A DNA stretch of 63,440 nt, the filler included, from Guillardia theta CCMP2712 (lineage: Eukaryota > Protista > Cryptophyta): NCBI RefSeq assembly GCF_000315625.1. It is 6 parts of 6 records of this genome, joined end to end, with 100 filler letters (N's around TTAATTAATTAA, not from the genome) between each part and the next. Parts side by side here need not be neighbours in the genome. Positions count along the whole stretch, not along the records: positions 1 to 21,528 come from NW_005434506.1; 5 more parts are not named here. The stretch is one strand, 5' to 3'. Numbering within the stretch: the first letter of the stretch is position 1; the number at the start of each line of letters is the position of its first letter. This document shows, one piece after another, positions 1 to 11,858 of the stretch. Under the pieces are notes generated by a model. It saw only the letters and a list, made by a program, of their open reading frames with translations, did no database searches and was not told the origin of the DNA. Made by a program: the position numbers and the translations under genes.

Positions 1-680
1 GGGGGGGGCGGAGAACGAGGAGTAGGAGGAGGAGGAGATGGGGGAGGAGAGAAGAGAAAGGAGACGTGGAGGGACTGGAGCGCACTGAAAGGGTCGGGGA
101 GTACCATTTGATCCCCCAACCACAACACTCCATCGCAGTCGAGCAGGAACGTGTCGTAGCGGTCAACCCATGATGGAATGTCTTCAAGTGGCAACCTGCA
201 GGGTTCGAGGCGGAGGAGGGAGGAAACAAGAGGAGCCCGGTGTGAGTCGGGAAAGAAGGGAGGAAAATGTAGGAAGGGGAGTAGATGGGAGGAATAGGAG
301 GAGGAGGTGGTGGAGGGAGGTGGAGGGAGGAGGGAGAGAAAGGAGAAATTGCTCAATCAGTTTGTGATGTATTCGGTAGAAGCAAATTGATATCGCATAC
401 CAGTGGATTTGCCTGCGAAACCATTATCAATGTAAAGCCCGATGCATGAAATCAAGGCATAGACAGGCATAAATGACATCTATGACAAGGAACAACATGC
501 CTAGTCACCAGGAACACTCTTCCAATTGTGTTCAGCTGTCTCAGCGGTTTGATGTCTGCTACTGACTCATCAACAATCTTTCCGCTTCCTCGCCCTTTCT
601 ATATCTCTACATCCCTACATCTCCTGATCTCCTCCTCGTCCTCGTCCTCATCGTCGTCATCATCATCATCAACATCATCA

Positions 681-727
<47 letters not shown>

Positions 728-831
728 ATCCTCGTCAATTTGCATTGTTATCTTGACCTTCTCTTTCTCCATGCCATTAACGCCATTGCAGCAGCAGCAG
801 CCGCCGCCGCCGCCGCGATCCGCCATGCCAT
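1..831 (-). CDS. HAD-IIA phosphatase (phosphoglycolate/4-nitrophenyl phosphatase family), 5' part, multi-exon, runs off the window
   Basis: Exon 105-195 reads LPLEDIPSWVDRYDTFLLDCDGVLWLGDQM (HAD motif I DxDGV) between AG/GT sites. Probable start MAWRIAAAA at 831; upstream exons uncertain. Confidence 0.8.
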
Positions 832-1406
832 GGTGACAGTGTTGACTAATCTTTCGGGGAATGGAGGCCAGGAAAGGGGGTGGTTCCTGGGACGACGGGG
901 GTGCAAGAGGGCCATTCAGGGGGTAGGCTGAGTACCGGTAGTACCAGGCAATAATTGATTGTCCTACACAGTACCCGTCCTTTCTGGCATCTTTGGAGGC
1001 ACTACCCCTGAGATACATGGGGTGTAGGACTACCCCTCCTACCCATCCCCTGCAAGAAGACGGCGATGCTGGGGCCGGCACGAGGGCAGGCAGTGGGGGG
1101 AGGGAGGAAGAGGAGGAGCAGGAGACATGCGATATAAGAAGCATGATTCGAACAAGATGAAGAAAGCGATGAGACAGTGAGAAGATACTTGAGAAGTAGG
1201 ACAGATGTCAATGTTCGCCAGAAGATACTTGTGAACACAGGCGAAAGCCAGGGAGGGCAGGCTTGCAGCATATTACCTCATTGAACTTGAAGGATGTTTG
1301 CCATCAAACTGAGATCTCTTCTGCTTATCGACTCCTCCTGACTCTGACTTGTTTTCAGGTTCCCCTTACCCGACACTGCCGGCATGATCGTCAATCGTTA
1401 TCCGTT

Positions 1407-3486
1407 ATGCGCTCAGGGCCTGCTGCGGTCCTCCTCCCTCCCGCCCTCTTCAGCCGTGCCAGCAGCACGAGCTCCGTGCTTGAGGTTGCCAGGAGTGCCA
1501 GAGAGGCCGCGAGAAAGCTCGCAGCTCTACCGCTCGAGGACAGGAACGACGCGCTCAACAGGGTCGCCTCTGCCCTTGAGAACGCCAAGACGGAGATAGA
1601 GACAGCCAACAAGTCCGACTGTGAAATCGCTGCCAAGCCTGAGTCCAACGTTGCTCCTCCCCTCCAGGCTCGTCTTAAGTTTGGCGGCTCCAAGTTCCGA
1701 GACACCATCCAGGGTGTCCGGGACCTGATGAAGCTCGAGGATCCGATCGGCCGCATCCAACTCCACAGGGAGCTCGATCAAGGCCTCGTGCTCAAGAGGA
1801 AGACTGTCCCCCTCGGTGTGCTCGGCATCATCTTCGAGGCTCGTCCCGATGCTGCTGTTCAGATTGCCTCTTTGGGGATCAAGTCCGGTAACGGTGTCCT
1901 CCTCAAGTGCGGGAGGGAGGCGGTAGGAAGCTGCAGGGCCATCGTCTCGGCGATCAAGGACGGGCTCAAGACGAGCAAGGCCTCTCCTGATGTTGTTGCT
2001 CTCTTGACCACGAGGGAGGAGACCGCAGAGATGATGAAGATGAAGGAGTATGTCGATCTCATCATCCCTAGGGGATCCAACTCCTTCGTACAGTACGTCA
2101 TGCAGAACACCGACATCCCCGTCCTCGGCCATGCCGACGGCATCTGCCACATCTTCGTCGACAAGGCTGCTGAGATCCAGAAGGCTGTTGAGATCGCGAC
2201 AGACAGCAAGATCCAGTATCCCTCTGCTTGCAACGCCGTCGAAACCATCCTCGTCCATGAAGCTGTCGCCAAGCAGTTCCTCGAAGCCTTCGGCAGCCGC
2301 GCGGAGAAGGAAGGTCATAACCTGATCCTGATCCTGATCCTGATCCTGATCCTGATCCCCCTCCCCATCCTTCTGTTCTGCTCCTACTTCTTTCCTGCCT
2401 CTGCTCCTGCCCCTGCCCCTTCCCTGCTCCTGCTCCCATGTCCCCCTCCTGCTCCCGCGCCGCGTGACTGTCTAGGTGCAGGCATCGAGATCCGAGGGTG
2501 TCAGGGAACCTTGAAACACGTGAAGGGAGCCGAGGCAGTCGAGGCCGACTGGTCGACCGAGTATGGTGATAAGATCGTCTCCGTCAAGGTCTGTGACAAC
2601 CACATTCTTACCTGCTCTTCTCCTCGCTTCTCCTTCTCTTCCCTCCCCACCAGCCCCCTGCCCCCCTCCATTGATCCTCAATGCTCTTCCTCTCCTTCCA
2701 CTCTCTCTCTTTAGTCATCCCATGCTGCTCACTTCCACCTCCCCTCCCCCTCTCTTCCTCTGCGCCAATGCTGTTTGCCTCCCATCCTCTCGCTCCTCCT
2801 CCGCCCGTCGCAGGCTCCATTCGCTCACGGCCACCTATCCAGATTGTCCCCAGCATGGAGTCTGCTATGCAGCACATCAACACTTACGGGTCTCGCCACA
2901 CTGACTGCATCATCACTGAAGATGCTAGCGCTGCTGCTGTCTTCCAATCCCAGGTCATTCCCACCTCCGCTCCACCCTCCTCATCTCTTCTACTCTCCCC
3001 ATGCTTCTCCTTCCTCTCTCCTCTCACCTTCGTCTCCTTTTCTCCTTCTCGTCGCTTGCTAGCCCATGCTCTCCCTTACATGCCCTCGTCTCCAATCTTC
3101 TCCTCATCCTCGTACACTCATCCCATGTCTCATCAAGTCCTCACGCGCATACTCCCAGGTCGACGCTGCAGGCGTCTACTGGAACTGCAGCACGAGGTTC
3201 GCCGACGGCTTCCGCTATGGTTTCGGCGCCGAAGTTGGAATCTCCACCAGCATGATGCCTCCAAGAGGGCCGGTGAGAGGAGCGACAGGAAGGCTCCGGG
3301 CCTTGACTGAGAATGGCAGGTCGGGCTAGAGGGCCTGGTGACGTACCGCTACATCATGACTGGCAACGGGCACGTTGTCAAGAGCTACACCGGTGACGGT
3401 GCCAAGTGAGATGGTAGGACTGTGACGATGTTGATGCTAAGATTTGCTGCAGGCCGTTCACCCACAAGAACCTCCCGCTTCAGTGA
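1407..3486 (+). CDS. proA: Gamma-glutamyl phosphate reductase (stand-alone ProA), 6 exons
   Basis: Motifs [90 protein letters not shown]. Exons approx 1407-2313, 2482-2589, 2844-2953, 3159-3271, 3320-3405, 3453-3486. Confidence 0.96.
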
Positions 3487-3684
3487 AGTGTATCCAACAT
3501 GTCTTCTTGGTATCAGTAAAGGAGATGTAAGAATCGTTGCATACTTGCACACACAGTCAAGTGAATCGAGAATGACAACTGATTGAGAGCAAGGAGTGCT
3601 TTGACAACAAAATGTTTCGCCAAGTACACATGTACAAATTTATTGAGAAAATATAGTAACACATAAGAATCAAACGAAAGTCAT

Positions 3685-4092
3685 TCATGATGCAATGCCG
3701 GGTGTACATCCGGCCAGGGCGTGCCAGGCACTCCAGGCGTCCTGGCTCATGGCAAGGTTGGCGACGCTCTTTGGGGAGGAGTCCTTGCGGAGGAGGGCGC
3801 GTGAAACAAAGGCCTCGATGTCCAGCAGCTCAACATCCTTCTTGTCCTTCTTGCCCTCCCTGCGGTTCGAACGCTCATACTCAGCACGTGAGAAGCCCTC
3901 GTCGACGCGATGCTCAGAGGCGTCCTCTGCTGGAGCCTCCCTCCTGTATGCCCTTGACATCTCTACCTCAGTCTGCCCATGTGTCATGAGCGCGCAGACT
4001 CTGACCATCTCGCCATCTCCGCAGTCATCAAACTCCATCTCGAAAGCTCCCTCGGCAAGGGAGTCCACATTGTCCATGGTTGTTGGAATCAT
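3685..4092 (-). CDS. Hypothetical small protein
   Basis: 135-aa ATG-started ORF with coding-like composition, convergent with proA; no recognised domain. Confidence 0.4.
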   Translation of the reverse strand: MIPTTMDNVDSLAEGAFEMEFDDCGDGEMVRVCALMTHGQTEVEMSRAYRREAPAEDASEHRVDEGFSRAEYERSNRREGKKDKKDVELLDIEAFVSRALLRKDSSPKSVANLAMSQDAWSAWHALAGCTPGIAS

Positions 4093-6444
4093 GTTGGCCT
4101 CGGAATGTGGAAAAAAGGAGTTATCAGCTGGCGGTGTAGGATTTCAGTCCCTCCGATTCAAATCTGAATCACCACAGCTGTACAGAACACAATGAAGAGC
4201 AAAGAAGCCTAGCTTTCAAGCAGCTTCCAGGGGAGAGTGAAGGTGAATCTGGTAAGGGTGCGAAGAATATGGAAGAAACTCTGCTGCCAACTTGAGGATA
4301 CGGAAGCTGGTTACGTTGGGTTTCCCTGCATGCGCTTTCCAGGGAGCAAGGGTCTTATGAAGGGAAGGATGGGAGGGGAAACACTGTGGGGGTGGGGGTG
4401 AATGCATGGGGGTGGGGGGTGATACTTCGTAAGAAACCCAATTAGATTCAGGGTGGGGTACAGGGATTCCGGGGGTTACCTGTTCAAATACCCCTTTTGA
4501 CACTGCAAATTTGATTGGTCGGTACTAAATATACCGGTGCATTTCACTGTTGATTACCATACGAAGGCTAGGGTACTAATCAAGTTGGATTGAGGGTTAT
4601 TAAAAAAGGGGTTGAGGTGTAAGGGGGGTATTTCAAGAAGGGGTGGGTGGAATACAATGGTGTCAAACGACTGAAGGGAAGGGTACAGATTTGTGTACAG
4701 GGGGGTAGGGGTGGTACATCGGTTTGGAGGCGGGAGCAGACATAATTCGGAGCGACATTGTACCGGTGCTTTGCAATTCAAATATGGGGGTGATACCTTC
4801 ATACCCGTGGTATTGCCTATGAAAACATTCGAAAGAGTAGGCATCAAGGGGGTGGGGGTGGAAAGGGAATAAGACTGGCAGCTGCGTGGTGGTCAAAACG
4901 GACTCTCGATCTCACGTGCAGTGGGTACTAATGGGGTGGGGTGGGGTGAAAGACAAAGGGTAGGGGTGATAGAAACCTTACACAAACAGGATGAATTCTG
5001 CTAAAAAGTACGGGTTATCATCTCATTGAAGGGGTGGGGAGGATGGTAGAGGGCGGGATTGTGGCTGAGAAGGGCAGCCGGTGTAGGTAGAGAGGTCATA
5101 AAGATAATTCGAAAGTGGATTGGGTGATAAGATAGGGGTGGGGACCTTTTTATACCGGTCTTTGCATCACAAAATTAGTGATATAAATATGGGTGGGGTA
5201 CTAAATTCGTCATTGCAGGGTGGTAAAGCAAGGAAAGTTCTACAGCATGAGGGAAAGAAGGTGAGGAGCCTCGAGTTGGGGGCTCCCAGGTGTGTGGTAA
5301 TCGGGACACAGGGGGGGTGGGGGTGGTTGGGGGTGAAGCTAATGGAAATTCGGAAGCGGTGTTCTTCAATGTCGATGTACCCCCTTGTTTCTCAAAGAAT
5401 TGCGCTAAAATTCTGGGTGGGGTGGTAATGCACGTGAAGATTTCCAGGGTCAACGCCCTCACAAATGTGATACGATTCGAAATAGTGTTTGAATACATTT
5501 TGAAATTATTCAATTTTATTTAAGCTATTGCCTCGCTGGCGCCAAAAGTGATCGAAATGCCGGCATAAACGGGACCACCTTTATGGGGTGGGGAGCAAGG
5601 AGGCGGATCGTGCGATCAATCGGTGTAGGACGACTCCGAGGTCCTAGGTAGGTACCTAGAGAGGTTCTATAGACCCCCATCTAGGGGATTAACAACGAGT
5701 GTTCCAAGGGGGTAGGGGGAACTAGGGGTAGTAAAGATGGGAGGATGGGAGGAAGAGGCATAAGAAACAGGGCATAACGATAACTGAAATCAAGTCTGTA
5801 ATTTTGAAATTTGGAGGAGTGAAACCGTCAACTCTAAAAAATGGGGGGACTATAAATAGATGTAATGCGATGCTGGATGGCGGCCTCCACGCTGGCACCG
5901 GTACAGATCGCGATGATCTAAATTAGTTTTAGTGTTATTTCAAACTTATACAATGTTTTTAATATTTCAACAGTAAGATGTTGGGGTCTACACAATACTT
6001 ATAATAGAACTCAAAAAATTTTAGCACAAGGTGCTGACTGAGTGAATCGGCCGCGGGCCCATTGAAATTCCCCGGGCCGGTCAGTTTTGCGAGGCCCCTG
6101 ATTTAACATTAGTACGAGGGCAGCATTCAAAGTACTAATTGATAAAATTGATGTCCTAAATTCATAGATANNNNNNNNNNNNNNNNNNNNNNNNNNNNNN
6201 NNNNNNNNNNNNNNNNNNNNNNNNNNNNNNNNNNNNNNNNNNNNNNNNNNNNNNNNNNNNNNNNNNNNNNNNNNNNNNNNNNNNNNNNNNNNNNNNNNNN
6301 NNNNNNNNNNNNNNNNNNNNNNNNNNNNNNNNNNNNNNNNNNNNNNNNNNNNNNNNNNNNNNNNNNNNNNNNNNNNNNNNNNNNNNNNNNNNNNNNNNNN
6401 NNNNNNNNNNNNNNNNNNNNNNNNNNNNNNNNNNNNNNNNNNNN

Positions 6445-6532
<88 letters not shown>

Positions 6533-6610
6533 CAGAGACAGAGACAGAGACAGAGACAGAGACAGAGACAGAGACAGAGACAGAGACAGAGACAGAGACA
6601 GAGACAGAGA
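6445..6610. repeat. (GA)n/(GAGACA)n microsatellite
   Basis: Directly visible, adjoining an N gap. Confidence 0.95.
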
Positions 6611-6659
6611 GGAGAGGAGAGGAGAGTTGTGCTTGACATTTAACTGACCGTTGTTGTCA

Positions 6660-7842
6660 GGAGCCTTCAGAGTCATCAACCCGCTATGCCGCCGCTCTTG
6701 TTCGCCATGCCGACCTTGCTGTCGACAAGGAATACCTCACATGTGAGCGAGGATGCTTTAGCTCCCCAGTCTCACTGCCATGCAGCGCTCGTCCTGCAGG
6801 TAGTGAATGGCAAGGAGGGCAACGACACAGAGCAGGCAGATGGGGAAGAGGGGGCGCATCATGGGGGAGGGGAGGAGGAGGAGGAGGAGGAGGAGGAGGA
6901 GGAGGCGGATTGGTACCTTGACGGCGCGGGGAGAAAGAGAATCTCTGCCCTCAAGAAGTTGTGGGACCTAACGGTGACTGCACAAGAGCCCCTTCCTTCT
7001 CCTCTTCCTCCACCTCCTCCTCCTCCTCCTCCCTCCTCCTCCCTCTTCCTCTCTCCTCACACCCCTCATCGTCATCATCATCATCCTTCCGTGCCGTCTT
7101 TCTCCACCACCTCATGTTTCTCCGCCACCTCCTTCTCCTCCCTCTCCTCCTCCTTTTGCCCTTGCCATCGCCCGTGCACCTGCCCTTCTCATTCCCTTTC
7201 CTGCCTTTGCTCCTTCACCTCAGTCTTGGCCTCCCTAACTCGATCTCCCACATCAAACTCCCCTCCGTCCATAATTTCTCGACGTCCTGCAGGTCAACAG
7301 CGCTCTCTGTAACCTCCTCGATGATCTTGACTTCCTCATGGTCCTGGAGACTCTCCTTCTGGTAACGCAGTGACAACTCTGCACCTCCTCGTTGACCTCA
7401 AGTGTCAGGAGGAGGAGGTCACCTACCGAGGGCAGGAGATCTGCTTTGGTCTCCTTGCCAACTTTGCGAGGTAAGGAGGAGGGGGAGGAAGAGGAGGAGG
7501 AGGAGGAGGAGGAGGAGGAGGAGGAGGGAGGGAGGGAGGGAGGGAGGGAGGGAGGGAGGGAGGAGCAGCAAGACAATGGAGGTACGAAGGAAAAATAGGA
7601 GGAGGAGAGTGAAGTAGAAGGGTGCGAAGGATGATATAGGAGAGAGAGGAAGAGGGCGGGGGTAGGGAGACATGGGAAGAGGGCTAGACGATTTGGCAAC
7701 ATGAGGAGTGAACTTTCACCTCTGATCTGCCGGCAGCATGCCGAGTCTGCATGGCAGAGTTTTTGCGAGGAAAGTGGTGGTGAAGAAAGCAGGAGAAGTA
7801 ATAGGAACATGCAGGTGAAAACCTTCCTCTTTCCTCTCTCCC

Positions 7843-7922
<80 letters not shown>

Positions 7923-8541
7923 CACCCCCCCAACACACACACCCTTGCCTCATTCCTATGTTCTTCTTCCTGTCTTACAACATTAGCTTCCTCCCCCGCT
8001 TCCTCTCCTCTGCTCTCTTTCCTCACTTTCATTCAGCGATCCAGGACTCCTGTCTGAAGTGATGAGACTCTGTGCGGTCGGGGTCACCAAGTTTGATGAG
8101 GCGAACGGGTGGGAGGAGGAGAGGCAGGAAGGAGAGGAGAGGAGGAGGGAGAGGGGAAGCAGCAAACAGCAAGCAGCGGGTGATATGGTTCCACAGTAAG
8201 GTCTACACCCCGAGTGAGCTGCTGCTCGACATGCTTGACGACGATGTTCTGCTGAACCAGGTAGAGGAGGAGCTTGTCGAAGTTTGCTCCCTCACTAGCC
8301 TGCAGATTCTTGTCATCTGGTTCAATACCCTCAATGCGGAGCTTCAGCTACGAACGAGCTCGTTTCTCAACTGCCTCTTGTTCTTCCATCCCTCGTTCAT
8401 AGGTACCATGCAGAGCAGGTGACATGTCAAGGTGATACGCTCGCAGATCGCGTCACCGGCCTCCATGTCGTCCCGATCAACCTCTATGTCATCTCCACAG
8501 CTACAGAAGGCATGATGCGAGAGACGGTAAGTCAAGAGAAC

Positions 8542-8582
<41 letters not shown>

Positions 8583-8597
8583 AAGGACGAGGACGAA

Positions 8598-8696
<99 letters not shown>

Positions 8697-8846
8697 GACG
8701 AGGGAGTGACGATGGTGNNNNNNNNNNNNNNNNNNNNNNNNNNNNNNNNNNNNNNNNNNNNNNNNNNNNNNNNNNNNNNNNNNNNNNNNNNNNNNNNNNN
8801 NNNNNNNNNNNNNNNNNNNNNNNACGAGGACGAGGACGAGGACGAG

Positions 8847-8900
<54 letters not shown>

Positions 8901-10470
8901 GACGAGGGAGTGACGATGGTGAAGGTGATGGAGAGTGTTCGGCTGCTTCATCTGCTGTCTTGCAACGAGAAAGCTGGAGATGTGGGTAGAGAGTTGTCCT
9001 CGTTCTTGACATCTTGACGTCCTGTACAACAGATGATCGTGAAAGAAGACGGCTTCGCTGATATCTTGTTACATGCGTTCCTCTTCACAACGGACGATGA
9101 GTGAGAGGAAGATGGAGACGATGGAGATGATGATTGAGATGGAGATGATGATAATGATGGAGATGATGATGATGATGATGATGATAATGGTGGTGGTGGT
9201 GATGGTGATGATGGAGATTGAGATGATTGTGAGGAGGAGGATGTCTACTTGTAGAAGGAGGAGGAAGCTTGTTGCATTGACTTTCACCTCAGCACAGCAA
9301 CGTCCATCTGCGAGATCCTTGACAATGTTTGTCGACTTTCTCGCAGGAGGCGGAGGCTGACGGCCTGCCTAGGTGACACCCAAGGTCGAATTTTTCGATC
9401 CGGCGAAGCAGAGGAGAAAGCCCAAGGAGGGGGAAGGGGAGGAGGAGGCGAAGAGGAGGCAGGAGCTTGAGATGCAGGATCATGACGCCTTCGTGGCGCG
9501 GTTGCATGCGTTCGATGCTTTCATCGAGAAGTTTGCTGTCCTGAATGGACCAGAAATTGACCGAGTGATTGAAAGATGCATCCTAATCCTCAACGTTAAC
9601 GTACAGAGGTCTTTGAAGTCTCTCCTCTCCTCCACTCCCCTCCCCTCCGCTCTCCCCTCCTCCTCTCTCCTCTCCTCTCGCCCCCTCTTGTTCTCTTACT
9701 CTTTCCATCCCTTCCACGTCTCCTCCTTTACCTCTCCCTCTGACTTTACCTCAGTCCTCCTCCAGACTCCTCGGTCTGGTGGATGTTGGAAGTTGGGACC
9801 AGGCGGCTGTACAAGAACTGGGAGAGGATTGTGACAATAGGAGAAGGACGTTGCTCCTGCAAGGAGGATGAAGAACTGCTCTTGGCATGCACCCGAGGTG
9901 AACCAAGGGAAGCAAGAGACTAGGAGATTGGGACGAAGGACGAGGACGAGGCGGAGCAAAGAGATGAGGAGGAGGAGAGAAGGGGAGAAAGGAGGAGTCT
10001 GAGGTAGTGCGGAGCAGCAGCAGCAGAGCAGCAGCAGCAGCAGCAGGGCATTGACTGCATTCTTTGACAGGCCTGCATGTTCTGCTCCTGCACGCGATAC
10101 CGATGATGGAGGTGGTGGAGGAAGTGAGCTTGCGGATCTGGGGAACCAACGCAGAAAGTGAGGCGAGGAGAGGAACAGGGGAGGGGAGGGGGGAGTAGAA
10201 AGAGAAGGGGGAGAGGGGAAGGATGGGGAGCTGGAGCTCGAAGGAGCGAGCCAGCGAGCAAGGAGGGCGGAGGGAGGAGGGCGGAGGGCGGAGAGGGCGG
10301 AGATAGTAAGTATTTGCTGCAGAAGCACTCGTGGAGGTATGCGGGACGCTGGATGAGGTGGACTGGGAAGGGCGGGAGGTGGCGAGGAGGGTTGGGCTGC
10401 CGATAGACGAGCGGGAGATACGAATGATTGTGATGCTGCTCGAAGAGAGTCTGAGGCATGTGAACGAGGT
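6660..10470 (+). CDS. Hypothetical multi-exon protein (fragmented by gap and SSR-filled introns)
   Basis: Coding-like exons between splice sites, e.g. VYTPSELLLDMLDDDVLLNQVEEELVE, GDTLADRVTGLHVVPINLYVISTATEG, TPKVEFFDPAK...LHAFDAFIEKF. No family recognised; boundaries approximate. Confidence 0.5.
8540..8905. repeat. (GACGAG)n microsatellite, intronic, spanning a gap
   Basis: Directly visible. Confidence 0.9.
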
Positions 10471-10766
10471 GAGGAGAAATGCGGAGGAGTGAGGAAGGAT
10501 GGGACGGAGGAGAGTGTAAACGGGAAGAAGATAGAAAGTGAAGGTACGGAGATGGGAAGGATCTTCGTGAAGAGAGGGAGTGTGTGATCTCTGGACAGCA
10601 GAGTGAGAGGGAGAGAGAAGGAGGAGGAGGAGGGTATACAGAGAGCGGGTCAATCGAAGTGTAGACTACATTCATGAGCAATACAAGTGGATAAAAATAC
10701 ACAAGGCACTGGGATCCCTTTCAAACAAGAGACGAGCAGACGAAGCAACAGCTGGAGCAGGGGGCT

Positions 10767-11858
10767 TCATCCAGCAAGAGACTCCACCATCTCCCCCATG
10801 TTGTCGATGTCCAGGAACAACGACTCCATAGGCTTGCCCTCGAACGCGATCCCGTGGATGCTGTTGAACAACGGATACTCCTCCAGCTTCCCCTCCGCCT
10901 CCAGGATCTTCACAACCTCCACCGCCGTCCCCGTCCCCTGGATCTTCTGCCCGTTGAGCAGCTCCGCCTCGAGCTCGTCGAAGCTCTTCTTCCCTCCTGC
11001 CTTCACAAACGCCTCCGCGCACTTGCGGTTCCTCCCGCCGTAGCAGGTCACGATCAAGTCCGCGACCCCGCACGACTCGAAGAACGTCGCGTCCTCTACC
11101 TCCGGGTAGTGCGACTGGATGAAGCGCTTCATCTCCATCATCCCGATGCGGATGATCGCCGCCTTGGTGTTGTCGCCAAGACCCATGCCGTCCACGAAGC
11201 CGGCGCCAAGCGCAACCACGTTCTTCAGCGCTCCGCAGATCTCCACTCCCGGCACGTCCTTCCTTACCGCCACGTGGAAGTTGGGGTCGTGGAACAGGCT
11301 CTGCAGCAGGGTGCCGTTCGTCTCGTCCCGGCAACCGATGGTCGCCTCGCAGAACTGCCCCGCCGCCACCTCCGGCGCAAGGTTCGCTCCCATGAGCACG
11401 CTCATGTCCATGCCGCCCATGCCCTCCTTGATCATGTCCGAGATCAGGACCATACCCTGCTCGTCGAAGTGCACGCCCTTGATCAGTGAGATGCCGATGC
11501 AGCCGGGCGCCACGCTCGCCTTGATCTTCTCGCACAGCCCGTTGAGGAACTGGTGCGGCAGTACGAAGATGAGGATGTCGGCGTCCTTGGTCGCGCTGCA
11601 GATGTCCGGGTCGGCCACGACGTTGTGAGGGAGCTTCTGGCCCGGCATGTACTTGGGGTTCTCGTGGTCTTGGTTGATGATGTCCGTGAGCTTACGGCCG
11701 TTGACCGTCTCCTCGAACACCCACTGCTTCACGGTTGAGTGAAAGGTGTCCAAACGCTGGCAGTTCCGTCCGATGATCCTGGCGATTGCGCTACCCCAAG
11801 CACCAGAGCCAACGATAGCAACTTGTTTGCGCTGATCGAATTCACGCGTCCTCTTCAT
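10767..11858 (-). CDS. GPD1: NAD-dependent glycerol-3-phosphate dehydrogenase, intronless
   Basis: VAIVGSGAWGSAIA, HENPKYMPG, FVLPHQF, ISLIKG, GANLAPEV, CGALKNVVA, ESCGVADLIVTCYGGRN, GQKIQG. Confidence 0.97.
   Translation of the reverse strand: MKRTREFDQRKQVAIVGSGAWGSAIARIIGRNCQRLDTFHSTVKQWVFEETVNGRKLTDIINQDHENPKYMPGQKLPHNVVADPDICSATKDADILIFVLPHQFLNGLCEKIKASVAPGCIGISLIKGVHFDEQGMVLISDMIKEGMGGMDMSVLMGANLAPEVAAGQFCEATIGCRDETNGTLLQSLFHDPNFHVAVRKDVPGVEICGALKNVVALGAGFVDGMGLGDNTKAAIIRIGMMEMKRFIQSHYPEVEDATFFESCGVADLIVTCYGGRNRKCAEAFVKAGGKKSFDELEAELLNGQKIQGTGTAVEVVKILEAEGKLEEYPLFNSIHGIAFEGKPMESLFLDIDNMGEMVESLAG

Noticed and set aside
599-10702. Many low-complexity ORFs (poly-S, poly-E, RP/LS repeats)
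   Set aside because: Translations of intronic microsatellites or antisense frames.
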